Assembly (NCBI GenBank): GCA_963810095.1
Contig: CAWEMM010000007.1
Span: 384,001 to 448,000 of the forward strand
Source: an uncultured Chloroflexia bacterium
GTDB taxonomy: Bacteria > Chloroflexota > Anaerolineae > CG2-30-64-16
Length of the DNA stretch: 64,000 nt
Direction of reading: 5' to 3'
Shown: positions 10,449 through 19,683 of the stretch, in pieces
Layout: each line of letters starts with the position of its first letter
Position numbering within the stretch: the stretch's first letter is position 1
Made by a program: the position numbers and the translations under genes
The notes under the pieces: generated by a model
Database searches by the model: none
What the model saw: the letters and a program-made list of their open reading frames with translations, nothing else
Told to the model about the DNA's origin: nothing

Positions 10449-11534
10449 TTATCGGCGATAGGCGGCCTCCTTAGCAGGTGTCGTGGGTAGGGACTCAGGT
10501 CGTCCGCGCGGCGGCTGGCACGACCCGCGAATGATCAGCTCAGTGGGCAGGTCGATGCGACGCGCCGGCTTGCCCGGCTCGCTCAACTGGTCGAGCAGCA
10601 TCTGGGTGGCGACGCGCCCCATCTGCACGAGGGGCTGCGAAACGGTCGTGAGCGGGGGGTGAACCTGGGCGGCCTGGGGGATGCCGTCAAAGCCGACGAC
10701 CGACATATCTTCGGGCACGCGCAGCCCCTTCTCGCGCAGCGCCTCGATTGCGGCCAGGGCCATGTGGTCGTTGGAGGCAAACATGGCGGTGGGTGGATCA
10801 GGCAGCGCCAGCAGGGACAGCGCAGCCGCGTAAGCCTCCGGGATGTGGAACTCGCCGTTCTGGACGAAGCTGGGGTTTGCGGGCAGGTGGTGGGTGCGAA
10901 GCGCCGCCTGGTAGCCTTCGAGGCGCTGCCGCGCGGCGGCCATCTCCATGTTGCCCGTAATAAAGCCGATGCGCCGGTGGCCCAGGCCGATCAGGTACTC
11001 GGTCGCGTTGTACGCGCCCTGCCAGTTCGTCGCGCCGACGGCCGGCACGTTTTCCTCGACGCCCTGGTAGTCGACCAGGACGAACGGAAACTCGATCTGG
11101 CGCAGGCGGCTGACCATGCTCTCAAGATCGCTCGGCAGGACGAGCAGCAGCCCGTCGGCCAGGCCGCGCGCGATGCTGGCGACGTAGGAGCTTTCTTTGG
11201 CGGCTTCGCGGTGGGTGGTGTAGAGCATCAAGTCGTACTGGGCCAGCTCCACCTCCGCGTCGATCCCGCGGACGATCTCGCCGATGTAGCCGGTGCCGAG
11301 ATCGGGCACGAGGACGGCGAGGACATGCGAGCGCCCGCCCGCCAAGCTTCGGGCGCGGCGATCCACGGTGTAGCCCAATCGCTCCATGGCCTCCTGGACG
11401 CGCTGGCGGGTTTCAGGTTTCACGTAAGGGGCGTTGTTGATCACGCGCGAGACGGTGCCGTAAGAGATGCCCGCTGCGGTGGCCACCTCGTGGATCGTCA
11501 CATTCTTGCCCGAGCGACTTGGATTCCTGGGCAT
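10449..11534 (-). CDS. LacI family transcriptional regulator
   Basis: [21 protein letters not shown] helix-turn-helix, ARSL hinge, [11 protein letters not shown] and LTTVSQP. Confidence 0.95.
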   Translation of the reverse strand: MPRNPSRSGKNVTIHEVATAAGISYGTVSRVINNAPYVKPETRQRVQEAMERLGYTVDRRARSLAGGRSHVLAVLVPDLGTGYIGEIVRGIDAEVELAQYDLMLYTTHREAAKESSYVASIARGLADGLLLVLPSDLESMVSRLRQIEFPFVLVDYQGVEENVPAVGATNWQGAYNATEYLIGLGHRRIGFITGNMEMAAARQRLEGYQAALRTHHLPANPSFVQNGEFHIPEAYAAALSLLALPDPPTAMFASNDHMALAAIEALREKGLRVPEDMSVVGFDGIPQAAQVHPPLTTVSQPLVQMGRVATQMLLDQLSEPGKPARRIDLPTELIIRGSCQPPRGRPESLPTTPAKEAAYRR

Positions 11535-11573
11535 AATCTCCTCGAATGATCGAGCAGGGCGCCGTCGAGATCA

Positions 11574-11587
11574 TGTAATCGATTACA
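11574..11587. promoter_or_regulatory. LacI-family operator (perfect palindrome TGTAATCGATTACA)
   Basis: 14-bp palindrome with central CG, 40 bp upstream of the LacI start codon. Confidence 0.75.
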
Positions 11588-11710
11588 GAATTCCCAGGCT
11601 AGAGCGCAGAGATGTTCCGCCAGAGCGGAGAAATTGCGCTTCGCGTGGCAATCATCGCCCTCGATAACCGGGCAACAGCAGTAAATGCCCCAATTAGCCT
11701 AAATGCGAGT

Positions 11711-11726
11711 CTGTAAGCGTTTACAG
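11711..11726. promoter_or_regulatory. LacI-family operator CTGTAAGCGTTTACAG
   Basis: Near-perfect palindrome of TGTAANCGNTTACA type covering the predicted transcription start. Confidence 0.75.
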
Positions 11727-11730
11727 GAAC

Positions 11731-11759
11731 AAGGTAGCACAAGGCAAACGCGTTGTCAA
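11731..11759 (-). promoter_or_regulatory. Sigma70-type promoter of the LacI/ABC/GH3 operon
   Basis: Minus strand TTGACA-17 bp-TACCTT with TG extended -10 element. Confidence 0.7.
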
Positions 11760-12022
11760 TCCCCTTTTTTGATGTCTGTTACCTTTCCTACTAGCGCGTC
11801 CGTTGACCGGCACCATGCGTCTATGCCGAGAGCGTCGAACCATTCCGGCCTCAGTCCTCATGTTGGACGGGAGCCACCCATGAGACAGAGTCCAGTACAG
11901 CCCGCTTGCCGTGGCGCTGAACCTACTGCTACTGGTCGAGTCTCCCTTCTGGACGATACGCACGCCGGTGTATGGTAGAATAGTTCAGCACGTAACCTGC
12001 AGAGCGAGGCCAAAGTCCACAC

Positions 12023-12790
12023 ATGCCGACCAGTTCCAGTCCAACCGAACGCTTCTCACAAAAGGTCGAGAACTACCTGAAATATCGCCCGCACTACCCG
12101 GCCGAGGTCCTGGCGCTGCTGCAGCGCGAGTGCGGGTTGACCCCGGAATGGGTGGTTGCGGACATCGGCTCGGGCACCGGGTTCTCAGCCGAGCTGTTCC
12201 TGGCGAACGGAAACCGCGTCTACGGCGTGGAGCCAAACGAGCCCATGCGGGCCGCAGGCGAGAACTACCTGGCGCGATTTCCCGCGTTCATCAGCGTGCC
12301 CGCCACTGCCGAGGTCACGACGCTGCCCGATCAGAGCGTCGACCTGGTGCTCGCCGGCCAGGCGCTCCACTGGTTTGACCTGCCTGCCGCCCGGCGCGAG
12401 TTCGAGCGCATCCTGCGGGGCGAACAGTGGTTGGCGCTCATGTGGAACAGTCGCGACGAGGGCAGCGCGTTCCAGCAGGATTACGAGCAGATGCTGCTGC
12501 GCTACGGCACGGACTACGTCGAGGTGCGCCATACGAACCTGGAGGACGAGAATATCGGGACGTTCTTCGGGACCGGCGGCTGCCGCAAGGCCACGTTCCA
12601 GAACCGCCAACTGCTCGACCTGCCGGGCCTGACCGGCCGGGTCATGTCCTCGTCTTACCTGCCGCTGCCAGGTCATCCAAACTACGAGCCCATCGTCGCA
12701 GGGCTGGCCGAGCTGTTCCAGAAGCACCAGGTCGACGGAAAGCTGGCCTTCGATTATCACACCGACGTGTTCTACGGTCGCCTGACATGA
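12023..12790 (+). CDS. Class I SAM-dependent methyltransferase
   Basis: RF..V.NY.KYRP.YP N-terminus, ADIGSGTG motif I, AGQALHWFD. Confidence 0.9.
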   Translation: MPTSSSPTERFSQKVENYLKYRPHYPAEVLALLQRECGLTPEWVVADIGSGTGFSAELFLANGNRVYGVEPNEPMRAAGENYLARFPAFISVPATAEVTTLPDQSVDLVLAGQALHWFDLPAARREFERILRGEQWLALMWNSRDEGSAFQQDYEQMLLRYGTDYVEVRHTNLEDENIGTFFGTGGCRKATFQNRQLLDLPGLTGRVMSSSYLPLPGHPNYEPIVAGLAELFQKHQVDGKLAFDYHTDVFYGRLT

Positions 12791-13584
12791 TCGAGTACGA
12801 CCAGGGTCGTCATGCCCTCACCGCGGTGCGCTATCTCCAGCCGTTCCGCCAGGGGGGCTCGGTGCCCGCCCTCGTCGAGGCGGACGACGGCGAGCTGTAC
12901 GTGCTCAAGTTCCATGCGGCCGCGCAGGGCCGGCGGGCCCTCGTCGCCGAATTGATCGCGGGCGAGATCGGCCGGATGCTGGGCCTGCGCGTGCCCGAGC
13001 TGGCCTTCATCGACGTGGCGCCCGGCTTCGGCATGGGCGAGCCGCACCAGGAGATTCGCGAAACGCTCAACGCGAGCGCGGGGCTGAACCTGGGCCTGCG
13101 CTTCCTGCCCGACTCGCTCGAGTACAACCCGCTGCTCAAGCCGCCGCCCGCCCCGGAAGAGGCTGCGGCAATCGTCTGGTTCGACGCGTTCGTGACGAAC
13201 GTCGACCGCACCCCGCGCAACGTCAACATGCTCCTCTACCAGCACGCGGTGTGGTTGATCGATCACGGCTCGGCCCTCTTCTTTCACCACAGCCCTAACT
13301 GGTATGCCCAGCCCGAGCGGGCGCTGACCCCGTTCGCGCTGGTCAAAGACCATGTGCTGCTCCGCTTCGCCGGTCCGCTGCCCGAGGCCGACGCCTTGCT
13401 CAAGCCGCGCCTGCCCCAGGCCCAAGTCGAGCATGTGGTCGATCTCCTGCCCGATGCCTGGCTTAAGGACGGGGCCGAACCGGCCGAGCTGCGTGCCGGC
13501 TACCGGCGCTGGCTGACCGACCGGCTGGCCGCCTCCCAGGTCTTTGTCGACGAGGCTGAACGTGCCCGCACGCGCACCGTATGA
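12787..13584 (+). CDS. HipA-like (HipA_2) kinase
   Basis: ATGA overlap with upstream gene; GGS.P.LVEADD...YVLKF, NVDRTPRNVN catalytic loop, LIDHG. Confidence 0.8.
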   Translation: MIEYDQGRHALTAVRYLQPFRQGGSVPALVEADDGELYVLKFHAAAQGRRALVAELIAGEIGRMLGLRVPELAFIDVAPGFGMGEPHQEIRETLNASAGLNLGLRFLPDSLEYNPLLKPPPAPEEAAAIVWFDAFVTNVDRTPRNVNMLLYQHAVWLIDHGSALFFHHSPNWYAQPERALTPFALVKDHVLLRFAGPLPEADALLKPRLPQAQVEHVVDLLPDAWLKDGAEPAELRAGYRRWLTDRLAASQVFVDEAERARTRTV

Positions 13585-13960
13585 GTACTCGGTGATCCGT
13601 ATCGTGCCTTGCGTCGAGCGCGAGGAATTTCTCAACGCGGGCGTGCTCCTCTTCTGCAAGGCGCACCGGTTCCTCGGCGCGCGGCTGGCGCTGAATGAGG
13701 AACGGCTGTTGGCGCTGCAGCCGTGCGCCGACGTTCCCGAGATCCGGAAGCAGCTCGAACTGATCGAGGCCATCGTGGACGGCGGCCGCGACGCAGGTGA
13801 GGTGGGCGTGCTGCCCCCGGCCGAGCGCTTCCGCTGGCTTGCCTCGCCGCGCAACACGGTCGTGCAGCCCTCGCCCGTCCATCCTGGGTTGTGCGACGAC
13901 CCACAAGCGGCGCTGGACGCCATTTTTGTGCGGCTGGTGCCCTTGAGGATATGCCCTTGA
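13562..13960 (+). CDS. DUF3037 domain protein
   Basis: YEYSVIRIVP..EREEFLNAGV, ERFRWL..PR.T.VQ.SPVH.G motifs; overlaps the kinase gene as expected for this pair. Confidence 0.8.
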   Translation: MPARAPYEYSVIRIVPCVEREEFLNAGVLLFCKAHRFLGARLALNEERLLALQPCADVPEIRKQLELIEAIVDGGRDAGEVGVLPPAERFRWLASPRNTVVQPSPVHPGLCDDPQAALDAIFVRLVPLRICP

Positions 13961-14632
13961 CTCGCATCGCGGAAAAGGTGACGGCCCTGATCGTGCGGGA
14001 CACAGGCCGGGGACGCCAGGTCTTGTTGTTCCGCCATCCCAGCGCCGGCATTCAGATCCCGGCAGGCACTGTCGAAGAGGGCGAAGCCCCAATCGACGCC
14101 GCGCTGCGTGAGGCGCAGGAGGAGAGCGGGCTGCGCGACCTCGCAATCGTGCGGCCCTTGGGCGTGCGAGAGGTCACGACGCCGGAAGACCGCGCGACTG
14201 CTCGCAACGGCCTGCACTGTCTACTCGCGGCCCGACCCGACCAGTTGGGACTGGGTTCACCTCCAGCGGGGCCTGCTGGTCTACATGGTGCGCCGGGAAG
14301 ACGATTGGGTGCAGATCGACTTCCGCGAGGCCAACCGCTTTCCGAACCCCGACTACCTGACCTTCCAGGTCATCGGCTGGGTGCGCGCCGAGGTCCTGGC
14401 CACGATGGTGCGCCGCCACTTCTACCTCCTGACTCCGACCGCCCCAACCCCTGACGACGAATGGGCGGTCAACATCGACTATCATGTCTTCCGACCATTC
14501 TGGGCCCCGCTCGACGAGGTGCTCCAAGACAGGGGCGACATCGTCGAGCCGCAGCGCGAATGGCTCGATTTTCTGCGGGATTCATCTGATGCGACACCTT
14601 TACAACCTGGATCCATCCGTCCATTTCCTTAA
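13951..14632 (+). CDS. NUDIX hydrolase with extra C-terminal domain (frameshift near 14195)
   Basis: Nudix box PAGTVEEGEAPIDAALREAQEESGL in one frame; coding-like continuation (RRHFYLL, FRPFWAPL) in another. Confidence 0.7.
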
Positions 14633-15773
14633 TCACGGCTCCTTCGGCGCGTGTCCGAGGCCGGTCTTCGAGGCCTATCAGCGCTGGCAGATGGCCGAAG
14701 AACGCCAGCCGGTCGAGTTCCTGGGCCGCCGGGTGAATACCTTGCTGGCCGAGAGCCGGGCCGCGCTCGCCGTGTACCTGCACGTGGGGGCCGACGACCT
14801 GGTCTACTTTCCCAACCCAACCACGGCCGTCAATATGGTCGCCCGCAGCCTGATCCGGCGGGCGCGCGCCGATGGGGGCTGGAGCCTTCAGCGAGGCGAC
14901 GAAATCCTGACGACGGATCACGAGTACGGCGCACTCGACCGCACGTGGGATTATGTCTGCGGCGAGACCGGCGCGCAGTACCGCCACCGGCCGGTCCCGC
15001 TCCCGCTGCCCGCACCGCAGGATTTCGTCGAGCAGTTTTGGGCCGGCGTCACGCCGCGCACCAAGATCATCTATCTCTCGCATATCACCAGTCCCACCGC
15101 GGTGATCTTTCCGGTCGCGGAGATCTGCCGCCGGAGCCGCGAGGCCGGCATCCTGACGATTGTCGACGGCGCGCACGCACCGAGCCAACTGCCGCTCGAC
15201 GTCTCGGAGGTGGGCGCGGACATCTATGTGGGTGCGTGCCACAAGTGGCTGTCTGCGCCGAAGGGGAGCGCGTTCCTGCATGCCCGGCCCGAGGTCCAGC
15301 CGTGGCTCGAGCCGCTCGTAGTCAGTTGGGGCTGGCAGTCCGACGATCCCAGCGCATCGCCGTTCATCGACTGGCACGAGTGGCAGGGGACGCGCGACGT
15401 CTCCGCGTTTCTGACCGTGCCCGACGCGATCCGGTTCCAGGCCGAGCACGATTGGGCAGCGGTGCGCCGCGGCTGCCACGCCCTCGCAGTCGAAACGCGC
15501 GACCGCCTCGTCGACCTGACCGGCGTCCCGCCGGTCTGCGACGAGAGCGCCTTCGGCCAGATGTTCGCGGCCGAGCTGCCGCCCTGCGACCTCGACGCGC
15601 TCAAACGGCGGCTGTACGACGAATACCGGGTCGAAGCGCCCGTGATCCGCTGGGGCGGGCGCTGCTTTATCCGGGTCTCGTTCCAGGCGTACAATGACCG
15701 GTCGGACGCCAACGCGCTTGTCGACGCGCTCCGGGTCCTCCTGCCCGAGGTCACCCGTGGTACAGCGCGCTGA
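14589..15773 (+). CDS. Class V PLP-dependent aminotransferase, isopenicillin N epimerase (CefD)-like
   Basis: FLNHGSFGACP, SHITSPTA, VDGAHAP, ACHKWLSAPKG (PLP lysine), QGTRD. Confidence 0.88.
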   Translation: MRHLYNLDPSVHFLNHGSFGACPRPVFEAYQRWQMAEERQPVEFLGRRVNTLLAESRAALAVYLHVGADDLVYFPNPTTAVNMVARSLIRRARADGGWSLQRGDEILTTDHEYGALDRTWDYVCGETGAQYRHRPVPLPLPAPQDFVEQFWAGVTPRTKIIYLSHITSPTAVIFPVAEICRRSREAGILTIVDGAHAPSQLPLDVSEVGADIYVGACHKWLSAPKGSAFLHARPEVQPWLEPLVVSWGWQSDDPSASPFIDWHEWQGTRDVSAFLTVPDAIRFQAEHDWAAVRRGCHALAVETRDRLVDLTGVPPVCDESAFGQMFAAELPPCDLDALKRRLYDEYRVEAPVIRWGGRCFIRVSFQAYNDRSDANALVDALRVLLPEVTRGTAR

Positions 15774-15978
15774 CCTAATCGCCGCCAAAGCCGAGGTGCA
15801 GGCGCGTATCCGCAGCTTGCGCCCGAAGGTCGAAGCGGCGCGGGCCGGCGCGGAAGCTTCGGCGGGAACCCGCGGGAGCCGGCTTGCCGCGCAGGCCGCG
15901 GCGCTCCAGGCCGAGTTGGACGGCCTGATGGCCGAAGAATCACGCCTGCGCCTCGAGATCGACCGGGCTCCCCACTAG
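15757..15978 (+). CDS. Small coiled-coil hypothetical protein
   Basis: GTG start after GAGG; heptad-like LIAAKAEVQARI...LQAELDGLMAEESRLRLEIDR. Confidence 0.5.
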   Translation: MVQRADLIAAKAEVQARIRSLRPKVEAARAGAEASAGTRGSRLAAQAAALQAELDGLMAEESRLRLEIDRAPH

Positions 15979-16088
15979 CGCGCGCTCCGCTGCACCCACC
16001 GGGTCGCCGGCCGCAGCGCCGGCTCAGGCAATTTTCCCCGCAATCCCCGTAAGTTGCCGTAACTTCCCCTGTTTCGTTCGTTTATATC

Positions 16089-16117
16089 TTGTGCGACACT
16101 TGCGCATGTGCTATAGT
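16089..16117 (+). promoter_or_regulatory. Putative promoter of the BTAD activator gene
   Basis: TTGTGC-17 bp-TATAGT with TG extended -10, in an AT-richer patch. Confidence 0.4.
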
Positions 16118-16348
16118 GCCAGTACCATGGGCGGACGGTGATTCACTGTCACGTCCCATTCGCTGCCTGGACCCAGGTCTTTGTGTCTATCTGAAACACG
16201 CTGGGGCCGGTCTCTGACCGTGCCCCAGCCGGCTCGGTAAGGGAACCGCCCGAGCATTCTCGGATAGGCCCTTAGCAATTCCTGAGCCACGCGGCGTGCG
16301 CTCTGCCAGCAGGTAAGTGGGCCGGGCATCGCCCGGCAGGAGCGCACA

Positions 16349-17257
16349 ATGACCCTCTTGTCGATCCGACTTTTCGGGCGGCCGCGGGCTTGGCTGGGCG
16401 CGGACGCCGAGATCAAGTTTGCGCACACCGGCCAGACGCTGCTGGCCTACCTGCTGCTGCACCGCGACTTCAGCCCACGCGACCTGCTGGCATCGCTGTG
16501 CTGGGCCGAACAGCCCGAGGAGAGCGCCCGCAGCTGTCTGAACACGGCCCTCTGGCGCCTCCGCAGCTCGCTCGAACCCGGCCCAACCGCCCGCGGAACG
16601 TACCTTCTCACGAGCCCGGCTGGCGAGGTCGGTTTCAACTGGGAAAGCCAGCACTGGCTGGACCTGGCGGAGTTCGAGCACGTGATCGCGTCCGCGCTCG
16701 CCCGGTCCCCCGCACAACTCGCCCAGGCAGAGATCGCCGCGTTGGAACGGGCGCTTGACCTCTACAGTGGCGACCTGCTTGAAGGGTTTTACGACGATTG
16801 GGCGCTGCGGGAACGCGAGCGCCAACGTGGGCTGTACTTGGATGGACTGCAGCACCTGATGTCGCGGCACACGCTCGACGGGGCCTACCAGAAGGGCATC
16901 GCCGCGGGCCAGCGCATCCTGCGGCTCGATCCCCTGCGCGAAGACGTCCACCGGGACCTCATGCGCCTCTATGCGGCCAACGGGCAGCGCGCGCTCGCCG
17001 TCCGCCAGTACACGGTGTGCCGCGAGACACTGCACGTCGAGTTGGGCATCCCGCCCATGGACGAAACGGAAGCCTGTTACCGTGAAGTGCTCGCAGCGCG
17101 TCGAGCGGTTGCGGGCGTCGCGCCTGCACTGCCAACCAGGCCCGACCTTGCGAGCGCGCTCGCTGAGCTTGATGCTGCTCGGCGGCAGCTTCAGACGGCG
17201 CAGGAGCGGCTTAGCGAAGCTGTTTCAGCCATGGAGCAATTTGTACCGTGCTCGTAG
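16349..17257 (+). CDS. SARP/AfsR-type transcriptional activator (winged HTH + BTAD)
   Basis: IRLFGRP, LLAYLLLH..RD.LA...W, LNTALWRLR, LY.GDLLEG.YDDW...ERER, DPLREDVHRDLMRLY..GQR..A.RQY..C...L..ELGIPP..ET. Confidence 0.92.
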   Translation: MTLLSIRLFGRPRAWLGADAEIKFAHTGQTLLAYLLLHRDFSPRDLLASLCWAEQPEESARSCLNTALWRLRSSLEPGPTARGTYLLTSPAGEVGFNWESQHWLDLAEFEHVIASALARSPAQLAQAEIAALERALDLYSGDLLEGFYDDWALRERERQRGLYLDGLQHLMSRHTLDGAYQKGIAAGQRILRLDPLREDVHRDLMRLYAANGQRALAVRQYTVCRETLHVELGIPPMDETEACYREVLAARRAVAGVAPALPTRPDLASALAELDAARRQLQTAQERLSEAVSAMEQFVPCS

Positions 17258-17258
17258 G

Positions 17259-17316
17259 TCACATGCCTTCAATGTGATTCGGATGTGACCCGAATGTGAG
17301 TCCTTCCTGCTAGCAT
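17259..17316 (+). promoter_or_regulatory. Putative SARP-binding direct repeats and -10 box of the eCIS operon
   Basis: ATGTGA at 17272, 17283 and 17294 (11-bp period), inverted TCACAT at 17259, then TGc-TAGCAT at 17308-17316; no recognisable -35. Confidence 0.65.
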
Positions 17317-17397
17317 GCCGCTGTCATTTGACGGCGGCTTTTTTGTGCGCGCCGCTGCGGGGGCGCCGCAGCGTGCAGCCCTGGCCCAAGTGAGGAC

Positions 17398-17601
17398 ATG
17401 GCAGAGGACGGCGACCGGAATGTCTTCATCGTGCGCATTTGGCGCGAGCCGCGCGAGTCCGAGGCCGCGCCGACCGAGTGCCGTGGCGTAGTGGAACACG
17501 TGGCGTCGGGCCAGCGGCGCTTCTTCCGTGAGCTTGGCGACCTGGACGAGTTCATCCAACGCCTGAGCTGTCTCGGGGAATCGAAAACGAGCAGGAGGTA
17601 A
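17398..17601 (+). CDS. Small hypothetical protein, first gene of the eCIS operon
   Basis: GAGGAC RBS; FIVRIWRE...RGVVEHVASGQRRFF..L.DL.EFI pattern; stop codon 2 bp before the sheath start. Confidence 0.65.
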   Translation: MAEDGDRNVFIVRIWREPRESEAAPTECRGVVEHVASGQRRFFRELGDLDEFIQRLSCLGESKTSRR

Positions 17602-17603
17602 CC

Positions 17604-19121
17604 ATGCCCGTCACGCCCACATATCCGGGGGTGTACATCGAGGAAGTCCCCAGCGGGGTGCGGACCATTGCCGGCGTCGCCACGTCGATCGCGGCCTTTG
17701 TCGGTTGGTCGGGGCGCGGCCCCACGGATCGCGCCCGGCTCATCTCCAGCTGGGCCGACTTCGAGCGGCTCTACGGCGGCCTGGACGCGCGGAGCCTTCT
17801 CGGCTACGGCGTCTACCACTTCTTCAACAACGGCGGGCAGCAGGCTCACATCATTCGCCTCGCGGCCGCCAACGCGGACGTCGCCACCAAGACGATCGAC
17901 GGCAAGCTGATCGTGGACGCGGCGAACGCGGGCGACTGGGGCGAGCAGTACGGGGTCAGCATCAAGCGTCGCACGCCCGGCGAGTTGCCTTTTCGCCTGC
18001 AGGTGCTGTACCGGCCTAATCCGAGCGACACGCCGGTCGTGGTGGAGTCGTTTGAGAACGTCTCGCTCGATCCGCTGGACCCCCGTTTCGTCGGCAACGT
18101 GCTCGCCGCGTCGTCCGAGCTGATCACGGCCACGCTGGTCGACCCGAACGCAGCCCCTGCACCGTTCACCGCGGATTTTGCCGGCCCCGAAATGCTCGAG
18201 AACGGCGCACTCGGCGATATCCTCGCCCCGAACTCGAGCGCGTTTCACACGGCGCTGCAGGCGGGTGGGGGAACGGCAGGCGTCAACCTGCTCGACCGGG
18301 TGGACCTCTTCAACCTGCTCGTCGCGCCCGGCGAAACCGACGCGGCCGTACTCGGCCAACTCCAGAAGTATGCGCGCGACCACCGGGCCTTCCTGATTGC
18401 GGATGCGGCGGAGGATGCGACGTTCACCGGCCTCTCCACCGGTCCCGCTGGTGACCTCACTGGCGACAATGCGATCAACGCGGCCTTCTACTTCCCCTGG
18501 GTGCGGGCGGGCGACCCGCGGCAGGAGAATCGCTTGCGCGGCTTCCCGCCGTCGGGGTTCGTCGCCGGCATCTACGCCCGAACCGACGTCACCCGTGGGG
18601 TGTGGAAAGCGCCCGCGGGCGTCGACGCGAGCCTGACCGGCGTCTCGGGCGTGACCGTTCCGCTGACCGACCTGGAGAACGGCACGCTCAACCTGCGGGG
18701 CATCAACTGCGTGCGCAACTTCGCCGTCTACGGCACGGTCGTGTGGGGCGCGCGCACGCTGCGCGGCAACGACGAGGTCGGGTCCGAGTGGAAGTACGTG
18801 CCCATTCGCCGGCTGGCGCTCTACCTCGAAGAAAGCCTGTATCGCGGGCTCAAATGGGTGGTGTTCGAGCCAAACGACGAGCCGCTGTGGGCGCAAATCC
18901 GGCTGAACGTCGGCGCCTTCATGCACGACCTCTTCCGCCAGGGCGCGTTCCAGGGCGTCAGCCCGCGCGACGCCTATTTCGTCAAGTGCGACAAGGACAC
19001 GACGACGCAGAGCGACCGCAACCGCGGCATCGTCAACATCCTCGTCGGCTTCGCGCCGCTCAAGCCCGCCGAGTTCGTGATCCTCAAGATCCAGCAGATG
19101 GCGGGCCAGATTCAGGCATAA
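17604..19121 (+). CDS. Contractile tail sheath protein (Afp2/3-like)
   Basis: TYPGVYIEE, YFPWV, PPSG.VAG.YARTD..RGVWKAPAG, VWGARTL, WVVFEPNDE.LW, APLKPAEFV. Confidence 0.96.
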   Translation: MPVTPTYPGVYIEEVPSGVRTIAGVATSIAAFVGWSGRGPTDRARLISSWADFERLYGGLDARSLLGYGVYHFFNNGGQQAHIIRLAAANADVATKTIDGKLIVDAANAGDWGEQYGVSIKRRTPGELPFRLQVLYRPNPSDTPVVVESFENVSLDPLDPRFVGNVLAASSELITATLVDPNAAPAPFTADFAGPEMLENGALGDILAPNSSAFHTALQAGGGTAGVNLLDRVDLFNLLVAPGETDAAVLGQLQKYARDHRAFLIADAAEDATFTGLSTGPAGDLTGDNAINAAFYFPWVRAGDPRQENRLRGFPPSGFVAGIYARTDVTRGVWKAPAGVDASLTGVSGVTVPLTDLENGTLNLRGINCVRNFAVYGTVVWGARTLRGNDEVGSEWKYVPIRRLALYLEESLYRGLKWVVFEPNDEPLWAQIRLNVGAFMHDLFRQGAFQGVSPRDAYFVKCDKDTTTQSDRNRGIVNILVGFAPLKPAEFVILKIQQMAGQIQA

Positions 19122-19150
19122 GCGCGCCGGTCGGCGCACAGGAGGCAGCC

Positions 19151-19672
19151 GTGGCACAGTTCAGCGTCAACGCACAGCGTTTCGACCCGTACAAAAACTT
19201 CAAGTTTCGGGTCAAGTGGGACGGCCGGTACGTGGCGGGCGTGAGCAAGGTCAGTGCGCTCAAACGCACGACGGAAGTCGTGAAGCACCGGGAGGGGGGC
19301 GATCCGTCATCCTCGCGCAAATCGCCGGGGCGGACCGAGTTCGAAGCGATCACGCTGGAACGGGGCGTGACGCACGATCCCGAGTTCGAGCGCTGGGCAA
19401 ACAAGGTGTGGAACTTCGGCTCGGGGCTGGGCGCAGAGGTGTCGCTGAAGGACTTCCGCAAGGACATCATCATCGAGGTATACAACGAGGCGGGCCAGCT
19501 GGCGCTGGCCTACCGGGTGTTCCGCTGCTGGGTCTCCGAGTTCCAGGCGCAGGCCGACCTCGACGCGAACGCCAACGCGGTCCTGATCCAGAGCTTGAAG
19601 CTGGAAAACGAAGGCTGGGAACGCGACCCTGAGGTCGTGGAGCCGGCCGAGCCGTCGTTCGTCGAACCTTGA
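19151..19672 (+). CDS. Tail tube protein (T4 gp19/Afp1-like)
   Basis: GTG start after GGAGG; RFDPYKNFKFRV, HREGGD, ITLERG.T.D, DANANAV.I..L.LENEGWERD. Confidence 0.95.
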   Translation: MAQFSVNAQRFDPYKNFKFRVKWDGRYVAGVSKVSALKRTTEVVKHREGGDPSSSRKSPGRTEFEAITLERGVTHDPEFERWANKVWNFGSGLGAEVSLKDFRKDIIIEVYNEAGQLALAYRVFRCWVSEFQAQADLDANANAVLIQSLKLENEGWERDPEVVEPAEPSFVEP

Positions 19673-19683
19673 TCGAGGTCGTG

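Noticed and set aside
11600-11646. AGAGCGCAGAGA...AGAGCGGAGAAA as a further periodic hairpin family
   Set aside because: Only a weak direct repeat with no convincing complementary arm.
14589-15773. Beta-lactam biosynthesis implied by the CefD-like gene and nearby SARP
   Set aside because: No ACV synthetase, IPNS or other cluster genes; CefD-like PLP enzymes are widespread.
16231-16312. Possible cobalamin riboswitch (AAGGGAA, GAGCCAC, CTGCC)
   Set aside because: The conserved GCCCCCGCNACTGT and B12-box segments are missing; kept only as an unassigned structured leader.
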